Below, in pieces: positions 26,897 through 38,458 of a DNA stretch of 64,000 bases. Position 1 is the stretch's first letter; each line of letters begins with the position of its first letter. This stretch comes from Octopus sinensis (Eukaryota), in contig NC_043003.1 of assembly GCF_006345805.1 (NCBI RefSeq), positions 96,658,001 to 96,722,000 of the forward strand. The letters run 5' to 3'. The position numbers were made by a program, and so were the translations under genes. The notes under the pieces were generated by a model, which was not told where the DNA came from, searched no databases, and worked only from the letters and a program-made list of their open reading frames with translations.

Positions 26897-27067
26897 TACG
26901 CATGCACAGTTATACCTCACATTATGAGAAGTGTTTTACGAGACATTGGTTTTGATCACGTGTTTTAGCTTATAAATAAGAGTAATTTGGGAAAGAATTT
27001 AATAGTAAGTCGAGGGTTTACTATAATTTTTTTATATATATTTATTAATCATATAAGATTTTTAGAG

Positions 27068-27390
27068 TGAGGGCGCGTGGCTTAGTGGTTAGGGCATTCG
27101 GCTCATGATCGTAAGGTTGTGAGTTCGATTCCCGGCGACGCGTTGTGTCCTTGAGCAAGACACTTTATTTCACGTTGCTCCAGTCCACTCAGCTGGCAAA
27201 AATGAGTTGTACTTGTATTTCCAAGGGTCAGCCTTGTCACTCTCTGTGTCACGCTGATTATCCCCGAGAACTACGTTAAGGGTACACGTGTCTGTGGAAT
27301 GCTCAGCCATTTGCACGTTAATTTCACGAGCAAGCTGTTCCGTTGATCGTATCAGTTGGGACCCTCGTCGTCGTTACCGGCGGAGTCTTT
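27068..27390 (+). mobile_element. Well-preserved tRNA-derived SINE, family C
   Basis: A box tggcttagtgg, B box gagttcgattcc, CORE-like gtgtccttgagcaagacacttt...cagtccactcagctggcaaaaatgag, T-rich tail. Confidence 0.85.
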
Positions 27391-28938
27391 TTTTTTTTTA
27401 AAGATTTTTAGAGTATACTTAATAATTAGTAGTTTTTAATTATTTAATTTATTTAGTATTAAGTATTATTTATCATAGTTATTTTAATAATAAATCTTAT
27501 AGTATAGAGTGATTCTATTCTTTATTTGTGACTTCATTCTATTTACTTTTATTGATAAACCATAACTGTTTCCATTCATAATTTTCATTGATAAAGCGTA
27601 TTTGTAGTTCCTTACGTTTTAAGAATTATTCAACAATTTATTCTTTTTTTTTTACTAATAACGTAATTCCACGAGTATTCTTATAAACGCTGTAAGGACG
27701 TTTTCCGATTTAAAATTTAGTTCATCAGAAAACCTCGCAAAGCTAAGTATATATTTATATTTAAGATTTTTAAATTTTAAAATTTAAATATTTTAATAAG
27801 TCTTATAGTATAATATTGTTTTTTTTTATATAAATATTGATGGTTATGTAATAATCTAATTATCGTAATATTTTCTATATAATTATTACATATTAACTTT
27901 ACGTTTATTCGTAAAACTTTACTTAGCCAAAGAGATATATAGAGCTTTAACAGTTATACGAGTTTTTTAAAGTTAGGTTTCATGTATATACATGTATTGA
28001 TAGCATAAATTTTAGTTAAATAACTATATCTGTTGATAGTTATTTTAAATTTCTTATAATTGTTATTATAACTTATATATTGTTTTTTTTAAATCGATAA
28101 TTGATAGTAATATTCTTCCCATTGATAAATATGTAGTATTTATTTGATACTATATAACTACGGATTGATTATTTCATTAAGTATTTTATTATTCTACTTT
28201 AACTATACGATTTTTTGAAAGTTATTAGTTAGCCAAAGAGATATATAGTACATTAATTTGTTATAGTGTTCGTTTAAGATTGTTTGTTTGTTTTTTTACA
28301 GTTAGCTATTTCATCTTTAATCTTTTAATCTTTTAATATTTTTATAAGTAATAATGAATAATTAATTTATTAGGTTTTTATTATACGTGCATATATATTT
28401 ATTGATAGAGATAATTTTAGATCTTAATTCTAATATTTATTTACATTTATATATTTTCATTGATAATTTATTTATTATTCAAATATTATATAATTATTTG
28501 ACTTGAAATTATATTTAATAATATGAATAGTCATTTTTTTGGTAAAATATGTGTGTAATTAGATATTGACTATAACTGATATTAGATTATTTGTGGGTTT
28601 CTTACCTTTAAAATTAATACTTAAAAATTAATATTTAACATTATAATCGATTGTATGACATAATCATAATCGTTAAGTTTCTAGTTTGATAATAGAGTTT
28701 TTTATAAGAAAAATTATTATTTTATTTATTTCTTGAAAAATATTGTTTAAATATTTCTGATTATTTATTTAAATATTATAATTAAGCTGAATATTGCCTA
28801 TAACCATAATTCGAATTATTAATTGAATTAAAATTATTGTTATTCGAATTGGTTTATGGGCATGAAACGATCGTAGTGTTTTTACACTTTATCTTATATT
28901 AAACTTTTAATACTTTTTGATAGTTATATATATATCAA

Positions 28939-29005
<67 letters not shown>

Positions 29006-29008
<3 letters not shown>

Positions 29009-29490
29009 CCGATACACACAGATATGCCGATACACACAGATAGAGAAATTAAGGCCAACAGACCAGATATAGTTGTCAGAGATCATGAAGAAAAAAAATG
29101 CTTTCTAATTGATGTATCAATACCGGCAGATGACAACGTGTCTCTAAAAGAAATGGAGAAACTCTCAAAATACAAAGACCTGGAAATAGAGGTAACTAGA
29201 ATGTGGAACCTGAAAACAGAAACAATTCCTATCATAGTAGGTGCATTAGGCATGATAAAAAAATATTCAGACAAATACATAACAAAAACACCAGGACTTA
29301 CAAACACATATAACATACAGAAAATTGCACTACTAGGCACTGTACACATCCTACGCAGAACACTTTCCATACAATAACCATCAGATCATCACAACAAATC
29401 ACAGCACATACCCAAGGCACACAGAGCTGCGCTCGGTAGTGAAGTGAAAGCACGCTATAAAAATAAAACTACTGAATAATAATAATAATA
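29006..29490 (+). mobile_element. 5'-truncated R4/Dong-like element (RLE domain, 3' UTR and (AAT)n tail) inside a (TAA)n run
   Basis: Intact frame HTDREIKANRPDIVVRD..KKCFLIDVSIP.D...EKLSKYKDL...WNLKTETIPIIVGALG...*, with (aat)n on both sides. Confidence 0.92.
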
Positions 29491-29658
29491 TATATATATA
29501 TATATAAATTTATAAGTATAAATTATTAATTTAAATAATTTTTTAAATTTTAACTTTAAATTTAAATAATTTAAATTTTGAATTTTATATTTTATATTTT
29601 TTTATTAATTATTTTTATTTCCATGTATTGGTTTATGATTTTCACTGTTTTTCGCTAA

Positions 29659-29743
<85 letters not shown>

Positions 29744-30567
29744 ATATAAATTTATAAGTATAATTATTAATTTAAATAATTTTTTAAATTTTAACTTTAA
29801 ATTTAAATAATTTAAATTTTGAATTTTATATTTTATATATTTTTTATTAATTATTTTTATTTCTATGTATTGGTTTATGATTTTGACTGTTTTTCGCTAA
29901 TTTAATATATATATATATACACACACACACATATATATTGCATTTGTATTTATATAGCATTTCTTCGTTTTTTTTTCGTCCTTGTTTTCGTGTACATTCG
30001 CTGCTTTCTTCCAAGGAATCTAGTGCTCTCAGTTTAGCCTTTCTTTGGGGCTGGCCGGACTGGAGCAATCTCGAGTATAAGCAGCCGAAATTGCAAAGAT
30101 AATCAGGAACTCGACTGAAAAAAGAAAACTCCGAATGACTCGTCTTTGTTTTTCTTTTCTTTTTTTGTATCATCTGTCTGGAAGTTTTGTTGTTCCTTTT
30201 TTGTATCATCTAACTGTCTGGATGCTTTGCGTTTTGGTCCCATTTTTTGTATTCCTTTTTATATACATATGGCGGCGTACGTACACTTTGGTCTCTTATG
30301 TAAGTACATATATATATATCTAAATTTTGTACGACTAACTTATTCTTTCATTTCTTCTTTCTTTCTATCAGCCCCTTCACATCTCGTTCTTTCCACTCTT
30401 CTTTCTTTCGTTCCCCCTCTCTCACATTTCCTGGCTTTCTCTTCATTCTCATCTTCCCTCCTTTTTCACTTCACTCTGTCCCTTTTCCTTTTTTCTCGTC
30501 CCTCCTTATTCTTCTGTCTCTCTGCATCTACCTCTCTCCTCTCTCTCCTCGTGACCGGTGTTCGGTC

Positions 30568-31975
30568 TCTAAGTACAGTTTTGATTATCAGGAGTTGATC
30601 CTTGATACATCTGCACTTACGCTTGCAACCCTTCTGCCCATGTGGCAGGACACCATTGTTTTCCTGATGTTCGTACTTTGACTCTGCGAGTATTCCAGTC
30701 AATAACTTCCACATAAGTGGCAAACAGGATATCGACCTGTAATTGTCTACCATATTGCCTTTTCGATGTTTTTCAGGCACAGCACTGTCCTACCCAATGT
30801 AAACCACTCTGGTGTTACTTGGTCGGCATTTAACAAAGTGTTGAGTTGCGCAACTATTTGTGCATGACATTCACCAAATCTCTTGATCCAGTAGCCTTGA
30901 ACTGCATCTGGTCCCGGGGCCTTCCAGTGGCTCAGTTGTTTGCTGATTTCCTTCACTTCCCTAACGAAAATGACCAGTTCTGCTCGTTTTGGACAGACTA
31001 CTGTTTGTTTCAGTCCTTGCAACCATTCAGGATCCTTCTTGTGCTCCTTGTCTTTGCTCCAGATGTCACTCCAAAACCTTTTGACTTTCAGTGTTATCTG
31101 GCATCAACTTTTCATCTGTACATTCTCCAATTATTTCTTTATAGAATTTCTTCTGATCTACTCTGAATAACCTATTCTGGTGGCAACCCTTCATTCTTTG
31201 GTCGTATCTTACCATCTTTGCATTCTTTGCAATGAGGCGCTGTTTCAGTTTCTCTATTATTACTTTCGGGCCCTTTCTTTCAATATTATACTTCTTTTTC
31301 AGCGCCCTGTATTTTTGTTCTCTTTTAAGTTCCACTTTCTCTTTTCGGTCTAACATAGATATTTCCTTCGAGTGCATGTCTAACCCTGCCTGGATTTTTC
31401 TTTTCCACCATGGATCTTTTCTTTTGTCACTCCCATTATTTTCGCTTATTTTTTTGACATCGACACCCACGTTTTTTGCTACAACAATACTTGCTGCTTT
31501 GATCAAATTATTTGTTTCTGTGATGTTGTTTGTTCTGATGTATTTCAGAATTTCATTGACATTTTTCGTTTCTTGGTTCAATTTCCATCGATCAACCTTT
31601 TAAAGGTTGCAAATAATGTTGCTAGCGTTCTCTTGTAGTCTTACCTTTATTCTGTTGTAGATTGCCTTTTTGCCGCTCCTTTCCTGTGCTATGAGATTAC
31701 TCTTATTAGTAAGAACTGTATTTTCATTGTTATCTCTGCTGCCATTTTCCATGACCCGTCTTTTGATAGCTTCGAGCTCTACTTCTGTGAACGAATAATT
31801 TTTCCTTATTGCTCTAGTTTGATCACATAGTCTCTGTTCCGTGAGTTGAAACATTCCCTTTTCTCTCCAATGATCATACATACCTTGTCGGTAATCCCTA
31901 ATTTGAACCCCATTTTCATCTACCGGGCTGCTCAGGTGGTAACACTCTATGACCACAACATTAATTTGCTTACTC
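30568..31975 (-). mobile_element. R4/Dong-like element, N-terminal region to start of RT; overlaps in sequence with 20745-21245
   Basis: Reads RWSKQINVVVIECYHLSSP...EQRLCDQTRAIRKN...DPWWKRKIQ...LFRVDQKKFY...WKAPGPD. The 5' end abuts (AAT)n at 31980-32040. Confidence 0.88.
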
Positions 31976-31979
31976 CATC

Positions 31980-32042
<63 letters not shown>

Positions 32043-32174
32043 TCCTTCTTTCTTCAAATTTTCTTCCGTTTCTCGCCGGGTGTTTTCCGTACACCTACGG
32101 CAGAGAAGCTCATTGTATGCATTCCCAGATTACACACGTAAATTCACAGGTAAAATATGTATTTTAAAAATTAA

Positions 32175-33065
32175 TAAATAAATAAATTCATGAATGGATG
32201 TTGATTTCACAGCGATAATGCTTTTCTCAGTACATGAGTCGTTCCAGTTAACACGATTTCTTGCACTTCCTGTAGGGATGGTAAGCATGGTATCATTTTC
32301 AAATAAGTTTCAGTACCTTTTTTTTTTATCATTCCTAGAGATCCTACAATCACTGGTACTGTAGTCGCATTGAGACGCCACATTTTTTAAATTTCTATTA
32401 GCAAGTCTTTATATTTTCTGATCTTGTCAAATTCCTTCACTGCTATATTGTGATCGCAAAGAAAACTCATGTCAATTAATATACACACCTTTTTTGTCTC
32501 ATCTTTTATAATAATATCCGGTTTATTAGCTTTTATAGCTTGTCAGTATGTACAGGGAAGTCTCATAGAATCGACACATTTTCTCCCTCAGTCACAGCTT
32601 CAGGATGGTGTTTATACCATTTGTCAGCGGTTTTGATTTTATAATGCCGACATATTGTCCAGTGTAAATACTGGCCGACTCTGTCATGTCTTGCTTTATA
32701 TTGTACAGATGCTAAGACTCTACACCCTGAGATTAGGTAGCCTATAGTTTCAATCTCATTGTTACAGAATCGGCATTTTGGGTCAGTTCTATTTTTTTTT
32801 TACATTGGCTTGGTAGTTCCGGGTTAATAAGCTTTGGTCTTGAGCAGCCAATATGAAACCTACACTCTCTGCTTTTAGCCTTGAGCTTCGTAACCATTGA
32901 TGCGTGTGTTTCTGGTCGACATCAGCTTGTTTGCTACGGGCCACATGCAGAGGTTTCTGTTCCCATCTGCTAGCTAATTTTTCATGTGCTTTTGTCTTTG
33001 CAATTAATTTTATTTTCTTTGCAGCAGCAGTTGGCGCATTTCCTTCAACCTGATCAATCTGGTAG
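32175..33065 (-). mobile_element. R4/Dong-like element 3' portion (CCHC finger and RLE domain)
   Basis: Reads HQWLRSSRLKAES.GFILAAQDQSLLTRNYQ...CRFCNNEIETIGYLISGC...RHDRVGQYLHW...KPDIII.D...LIDMS...KYKDL..WRL.ATTVPVIVGSLG...LSL*. Confidence 0.9.
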
Positions 33066-33146
33066 GTATCTAAGAAATCAGTAGCGAATTTTTGCTCTCT
33101 TTCAGAATAGAGTGAAGTTTTTTTCGGTCTTTCATGTTTTTCATCC

Positions 33147-33247
<101 letters not shown>

Positions 33248-33419
33248 GCTGTTGTTATCATCATTATCATTATTGCTTACGTTCTGAGTTCAAACTGCGC
33301 CGCGGTCGACTTTGACTTTCGTCCTTTCAAGGTCAATAAATTAAATCACAGATTAAAAAAAAAATTAACTAAACAATTTCAATCTTCGAATACTAGTAGA
33401 ATTTCTCACGTAGAACACG

Positions 33420-34160
33420 GTGTCGTATTTGGGTAATTTCAACCAATCAATGATATGTATTCGATTGAAGGAAGCTATTACTGTTTACGATAGTGATCGA
33501 AGAGGAACAACTTCCAGGTCATCTCTACTAAATGTCACCACTCTATTCGAAGAATTAACACCAAGAAGAAAGAAACATATATTTATTCGTTTGCCCAACA
33601 TCGGTGTTTTATCCACACATAAAGCGCGCCGGTGTTTAAAAGACCTACAGAGCAACGAGTCCGCAGCTAACCCTTTTGTTGTTGACGTATATGTAGTTTC
33701 AAAATACCTTATTTTAAAATTATGAGAGGTGTTGTTATTGTCATGATTTTATCTTACTATAATTAACAACGAACACATTTCGTCAATATGAAATGTTTTT
33801 ATTAGATAAAAAAAAATATGACATAATCAAAATATGAAGGTAAAACAAAACAAATAGCGGCTTGTACACCGGAAAATACGGTAATTGTAGTGGCAGTGAC
33901 ACGTTCACTCGCTAGTTGCTAGTTGATAATGTAGAAGGCAGGGAAAGAGTAAGAAATGCACGGTACTGACTAGAAAGGAAGAAAGGATAAAGGTGGCATC
34001 GTCTTCGCTCACCATACGAATAGAACAGAGTGGTGACATTTAGTAGAGATGACCCGGAAGTTGTTCCTCTTCGATTACTATCGCAAACAGCAGTAGCTTT
34101 CTTCAACCGAAAACACATCGTTAATTGGTTGAAATTACCCAAACACGACAACTTTAACAC
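33420..34160. repeat. Inverted repeat pair (about 130-bp arms, about 470-bp spacer), MITE/foldback-like
   Basis: 33420-33549 (tgtcgtatttgggtaatttcaaccaat...aaatgtcaccactct) is the reverse complement of about 34026-34158 with scattered substitutions. Confidence 0.8.
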
Positions 34161-34200
34161 GAAATAACTTCTAAAATATGAAATTGTGTCAAAAACGTTC

Positions 34201-37200
34201 AATAATAATAATAAATTCGTTTATTGGCCACAAGGGCTAACAAAAATCAATTATAACATTTAGGGACAAAATACAGGACGAAAGTTACAAAGGATTTTGT
34301 CCGTTTGAAAAAAAGTCCGTGTACAAAAGCAAGATAACAACGAAATATAAGTGACAATTAAAACTCCCAATAGGGGGAAGCGCTTCGAAAGGTTACTCGT
34401 GGAAAAACCCATAAAAGCCACGGGAGCCTGGTCAAAAGGGGGGTAGAGAGCCCCTTTCTCTTTTTATGTTACCTTTTAATTTTCACAGGTGTATCCTGAG
34501 AATTGGTCCGTTCATACTGGCCATTCTTGCGACATTCACCCACCTTTCAATAAACTTGCTACGAGACAGCACTTCCCTCTCTACTCTCATCTTCCTTTTC
34601 AAGTGAAACTTGAAAAAGTTGATGAGGCCTTGGCCAAAGAGAAAAGTGTCTGACCATAGCCCTTTCAAACGGGTCCACCATACCACCTCTTTTGCTACAG
34701 CCACTAGGCGAAAGAAAACTGCCTTGCCCTCCCGGTTAAAGGAGGTCGGCGGGGCAATCTTCACTATGGATTCAGCTGATAGCCGGATCCGTCCTTTATG
34801 CGACAGTAGCTGTTCAACATAAACCCAGAGGTCAGCAATACTCGGGCACTGGACACACTGTTCAACTCGATATCGTCAACGCCTCGAGTTTCCCCGAGAA
34901 CGTCGTCGCACTTTTCTTCCACTAACCCTCTATAGAACGCTAGGGTGGAACTACTACCGATCGCATTGCCCGCTTGGTGGAGGGCGGAGAGAGATTGACG
35001 GCACTCGAGGTACCAAGCGCCCTTTCTCGGTCTGTGTTTGATCCAGGACTGCAGCTCTGCCAAAGAGACGAGCTGCGGAAAGTCGCGTCTGACAAAAGAC
35101 GACCACACCTGTTTACCGTCTAGTAACCACAGCATGCCAAGGAATCCGTTCAGCGGCCGTTGACAGCAGATGGAACGCCTGACCAGTGGTACCTGACCCT
35201 TCCACAAAAAGTCAAAGAGCAAGTGCACCAGCTTGGCCAACCAGCAATCGGGACAAGGGTCGACGGTCAATCGGTAATAGATGACGGATGCGATGTACGC
35301 ATTCGCCACCTCCGTTCGACCTTTCAGGGACAGCTTCCTCTCGGCCCATTTCTGGGTGAGATTGGCCACCCTCATCACCTCTTCCCAGTTTTTATCCACC
35401 TGGAGGTCTGGACTGAACCAGATCCCGAGCAGCTTAACGGGTCCGTCTGTCCAGCGCCCTACGACTCTGTTGGACGGCATGGGCTTGCCTCTCCAGGTGC
35501 CCAGTTGCAAGCCCACGGACTTTTCCGCGTTAATCTTTGCACCTGTCAACGCTTCGTACTCGTTTAGTGTCTCGCCAATCAGGTCAATGTGCCTGTCGAT
35601 CGACACCATCACGGTGATGTCGTCGGCATAGGCAGACACGCTGTTTCCACCTCCTAGATCGCGCAGGATACCCCTCAAAGCCTCCAACTTGCGCAGTAAT
35701 GGCTCGAGAGTCAATACGTACAAGAAGGGGGAGAGACCTTTCCGTTGTCATTGCCTGATATTCATGATTGATATTTCAAAATATTTTCTTTCTCAACTTA
35801 CTCAAGATCTTTTGTTTTTTATAAATGGGAGAGAGATAGATAAAGATAGAGAGTAAGAGAAAGCGAGGGAGAGTCCGAGAGAATGGAAGAGTAAGAGAGT
35901 GGGAAATTGAGAGAGAAAGGAGAGAGAAACAAGGAGGGAGAATCAACATCATCATAATCGTTTAATGTCCGTTTTCCGTGCTAGCACGGGTTGGAAGGTT
36001 TGACCGGTGTCTGGGAAGCCAGGAGGCTGCACCAGGCTCCAGTCTGATCTGGCAGTGTTTCTACAGCTGGATGCGGTTTATAACGCCAACCACTCCATGA
36101 GTGTAGTGGGTGATTATTTCGTGCCACCGGCACATGTGTCAGGGGGTGCTAGCAGCGGCCACGATCGGTTGGTGCTCTTTACGTGCCACCGGCACAGAAG
36201 CCAGTCAAGGCGGCGCTGCCATCGGCCACGTTCGGATGGTGCTTTTTACGTGCCGAAAGAAAACAACAGAAAGTAACAACCACACTCTTACCCGCGCGTA
36301 GAGCGGGTCACCTTAAGCTAGTCTCTATATTATAATTCTGAAATGCGAACCGAACGTGAGATGTCAAACGGCTCCGAAAGGTAACCGTTCACTCGTATCA
36401 CCGAGCAAATGTTGCTGTACAAAGCAGCGATCCACCCGTGGAAGACTGGACCGAAACCGGCTGCCTTGAGAACAGCTGCCAGGTATCGATGGTCGACCCT
36501 ATCGAAGGCTTTACTCTGATCTAAATTAATCAATGCCCCACCCGCGCCAGTGTCGTTACCCACCCTCTCTATGATGTAGCGCATGAGATGGAGATTATCG
36601 TGTATCGACCTGGTTGGCACGGTGCATGTCTGCGCCTTGCCAATCAGCTTGTCCACGACAAGCGCCAATCTCTTGGCTAGCACCTTGGCCAAAATCTTCA
36701 ACACTGCATTGAGCAGAGTGATGGGCCTAAAGTTCCCTTGAACGTCCCCCTTGTTTGGGTCCTTTCTCAGCAAAGCCACCACTCCACGACAAACAAAAGC
36801 AGTAATTCTCCCGTTTTGTTGCCAGTTGCAGTAGACGTTTCACAAAGGGCCCGCAAACAAGTCTGGCATCGAAGTGTAAAGCTCGTGGGGTGGACCATCC
36901 AAACCCGGCGATCTAACTCTCGTGTAGCTATTCATTGCTTCTTCCACTTCCCAGGTAGATATCGGTCTCCCGCAGCATTCTGCCTCGCTGTCCGTGAGTT
37001 GCGGTAGGCTGTCCAGATACACACCAAAGTCTGTCCCGTTGTCCGTCTCACCGTTCGTCCCAAACAGTTGAGCAAAGCGCCGCTGAAACACCGCACACAT
37101 CTGCTTCGGGTCGGAAACCTTGCGCTCGTTCTGATCCACCAAAGACCGAATGGTCGCTTTGTTTCCACGCTTCGCCTCCGCCACGCGGGCCCATCGAGCG

Positions 37201-37510
37201 GCCTTATTCCCCTCCCCGCTAAGCGGACGTGCCTGAGCTCTGACAACGCAGCCTTCGTGTTTGGCGTCAAAGTGTTGGTCGAGAGCCAACCTAGCCGCAA
37301 ACACGTCGATTACGATGCCTGTCTCAAGAGCTTCGTCTAGTTGTCTAACTAAATCCCACTCTCTTTTCCTACGTTCTACAGCTAGAGCCTTCATAAACCT
37401 AATCGACGCAGCTCTAATTGCTCTCTTGAGAGCAAACCACCAGTTGTTGTTGACGATTGCCCCCGTCAGCGCCCGTTTAACTAATAAAATAATAAACGGC
37501 TTTCCACGCC
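34201..37510 (-). mobile_element. Tx1/L1-clade LINE ORF2 (RT to 3' end), endonuclease missing, interrupted at 35736-36349
   Basis: Motifs SPGLDG.P.E.Y, NFRPITLLN..KILAK.LA.RL, LDQSKAFDRV, SAYADDIT, YLGI-like KLLGIWF, and a C-terminal CVQCPSIAD/W-rich region. The 3' end has aataaa and a (TTA)n tail. Confidence 0.92.
35736..36349 (+). mobile_element. Non-autonomous Helitron fragment spanning a 3'-end/5'-end (CTAG|TC) junction
   Basis: Hairpin acccgcgcgtagagcgggt (36290-36308), CTAG (36318-36321), then tctctatattataattctgaaatgcgaa. Roughly 90% identical by eye to 53961-54573. Confidence 0.75.
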
Positions 37511-37545
37511 GTTAACATTATGCAAGTGTGTGTATAAGTGAATAC

Positions 37546-37656
<111 letters not shown>

Positions 37657-38142
37657 CCATGATCTTTCATGTGTACGTACATACATAAATAAATACATAC
37701 AGTGTGCAAGTGTGTGTATGATTTAATAGGTAATTGTGCTCGCCCACCCGCCTCTTTCACTTTAGAAAGTAAAATAAAATAACGATCAACCAGTGACAAA
37801 TGCGAGTGATCAACAACAGCAGTCAAAGCAATACGCATTGAGAGGCATTTTCTTATCTTGAATTATTTGTGTCTTTCCGTACAAACTGAAAAATGATTAT
37901 CACACCAAAACTCAGTGTTTTAGTTTCAATAGTCAGTATATATTTTGCATGTAAGTATTCCAGTACGTTTTTACACAATGCGCATTTTGTACTTGTTGTT
38001 CTTCTGATCGTTGGTGTAGTTTTGTGATTGCCGAGTGTATTACTGTTACGGTTAATATGTTGTTATTCAGTCACAAGTGAAACTTCACTGATTAGAAATA
38101 TCATCTAAAAATTCATTACCACATTGTTCTTTCTCTCACACA

Positions 38143-38203
<61 letters not shown>

Positions 38204-38358
38204 CATCATCATTATCATCATCATCATCATCATTATTATTATTATTATTATTATTGAGTGAGAGAGCAGTTCATGCCATCAAAGTGACACTGGGGTAAAA
38301 TATACGAAGCCCAATATACCCATCATGACTACCCGTCTGATAAAGGTACACCAGGCAC

Positions 38359-38458
38359 NNNNNNNNNNNNNNNNNNNNNNNNNNNNNNNNNNNNNNNNNN
38401 NNNNNNNNNNNNNNNNNNNNNNNNNNNNNNNNNNNNNNNNNNNNNNNNNNNNNNNNNN
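38359..38458. other. Assembly gap (100 N)
   Basis: Run of exactly 100 N, so sequence contiguity across it is not established. Confidence 1.

Noticed and set aside
27068-27140. tRNA genes (also about 9681, 16263 and 51400-51470)
   Set aside because: A/B boxes are present but each head runs into SINE body sequence and lacks a complete cloverleaf with an acceptor stem.
27695-27735. Minus-strand CTGATGA...GAAAACGTC hammerhead candidate
   Set aside because: Stem II and stem I do not pair.
27400-28930. Mitochondrial insertion (NUMT) as the explanation of the AT-rich tract
   Set aside because: I recognise no mitochondrial rRNA, tRNA or protein motifs. This is not fully excluded without a BLAST search.
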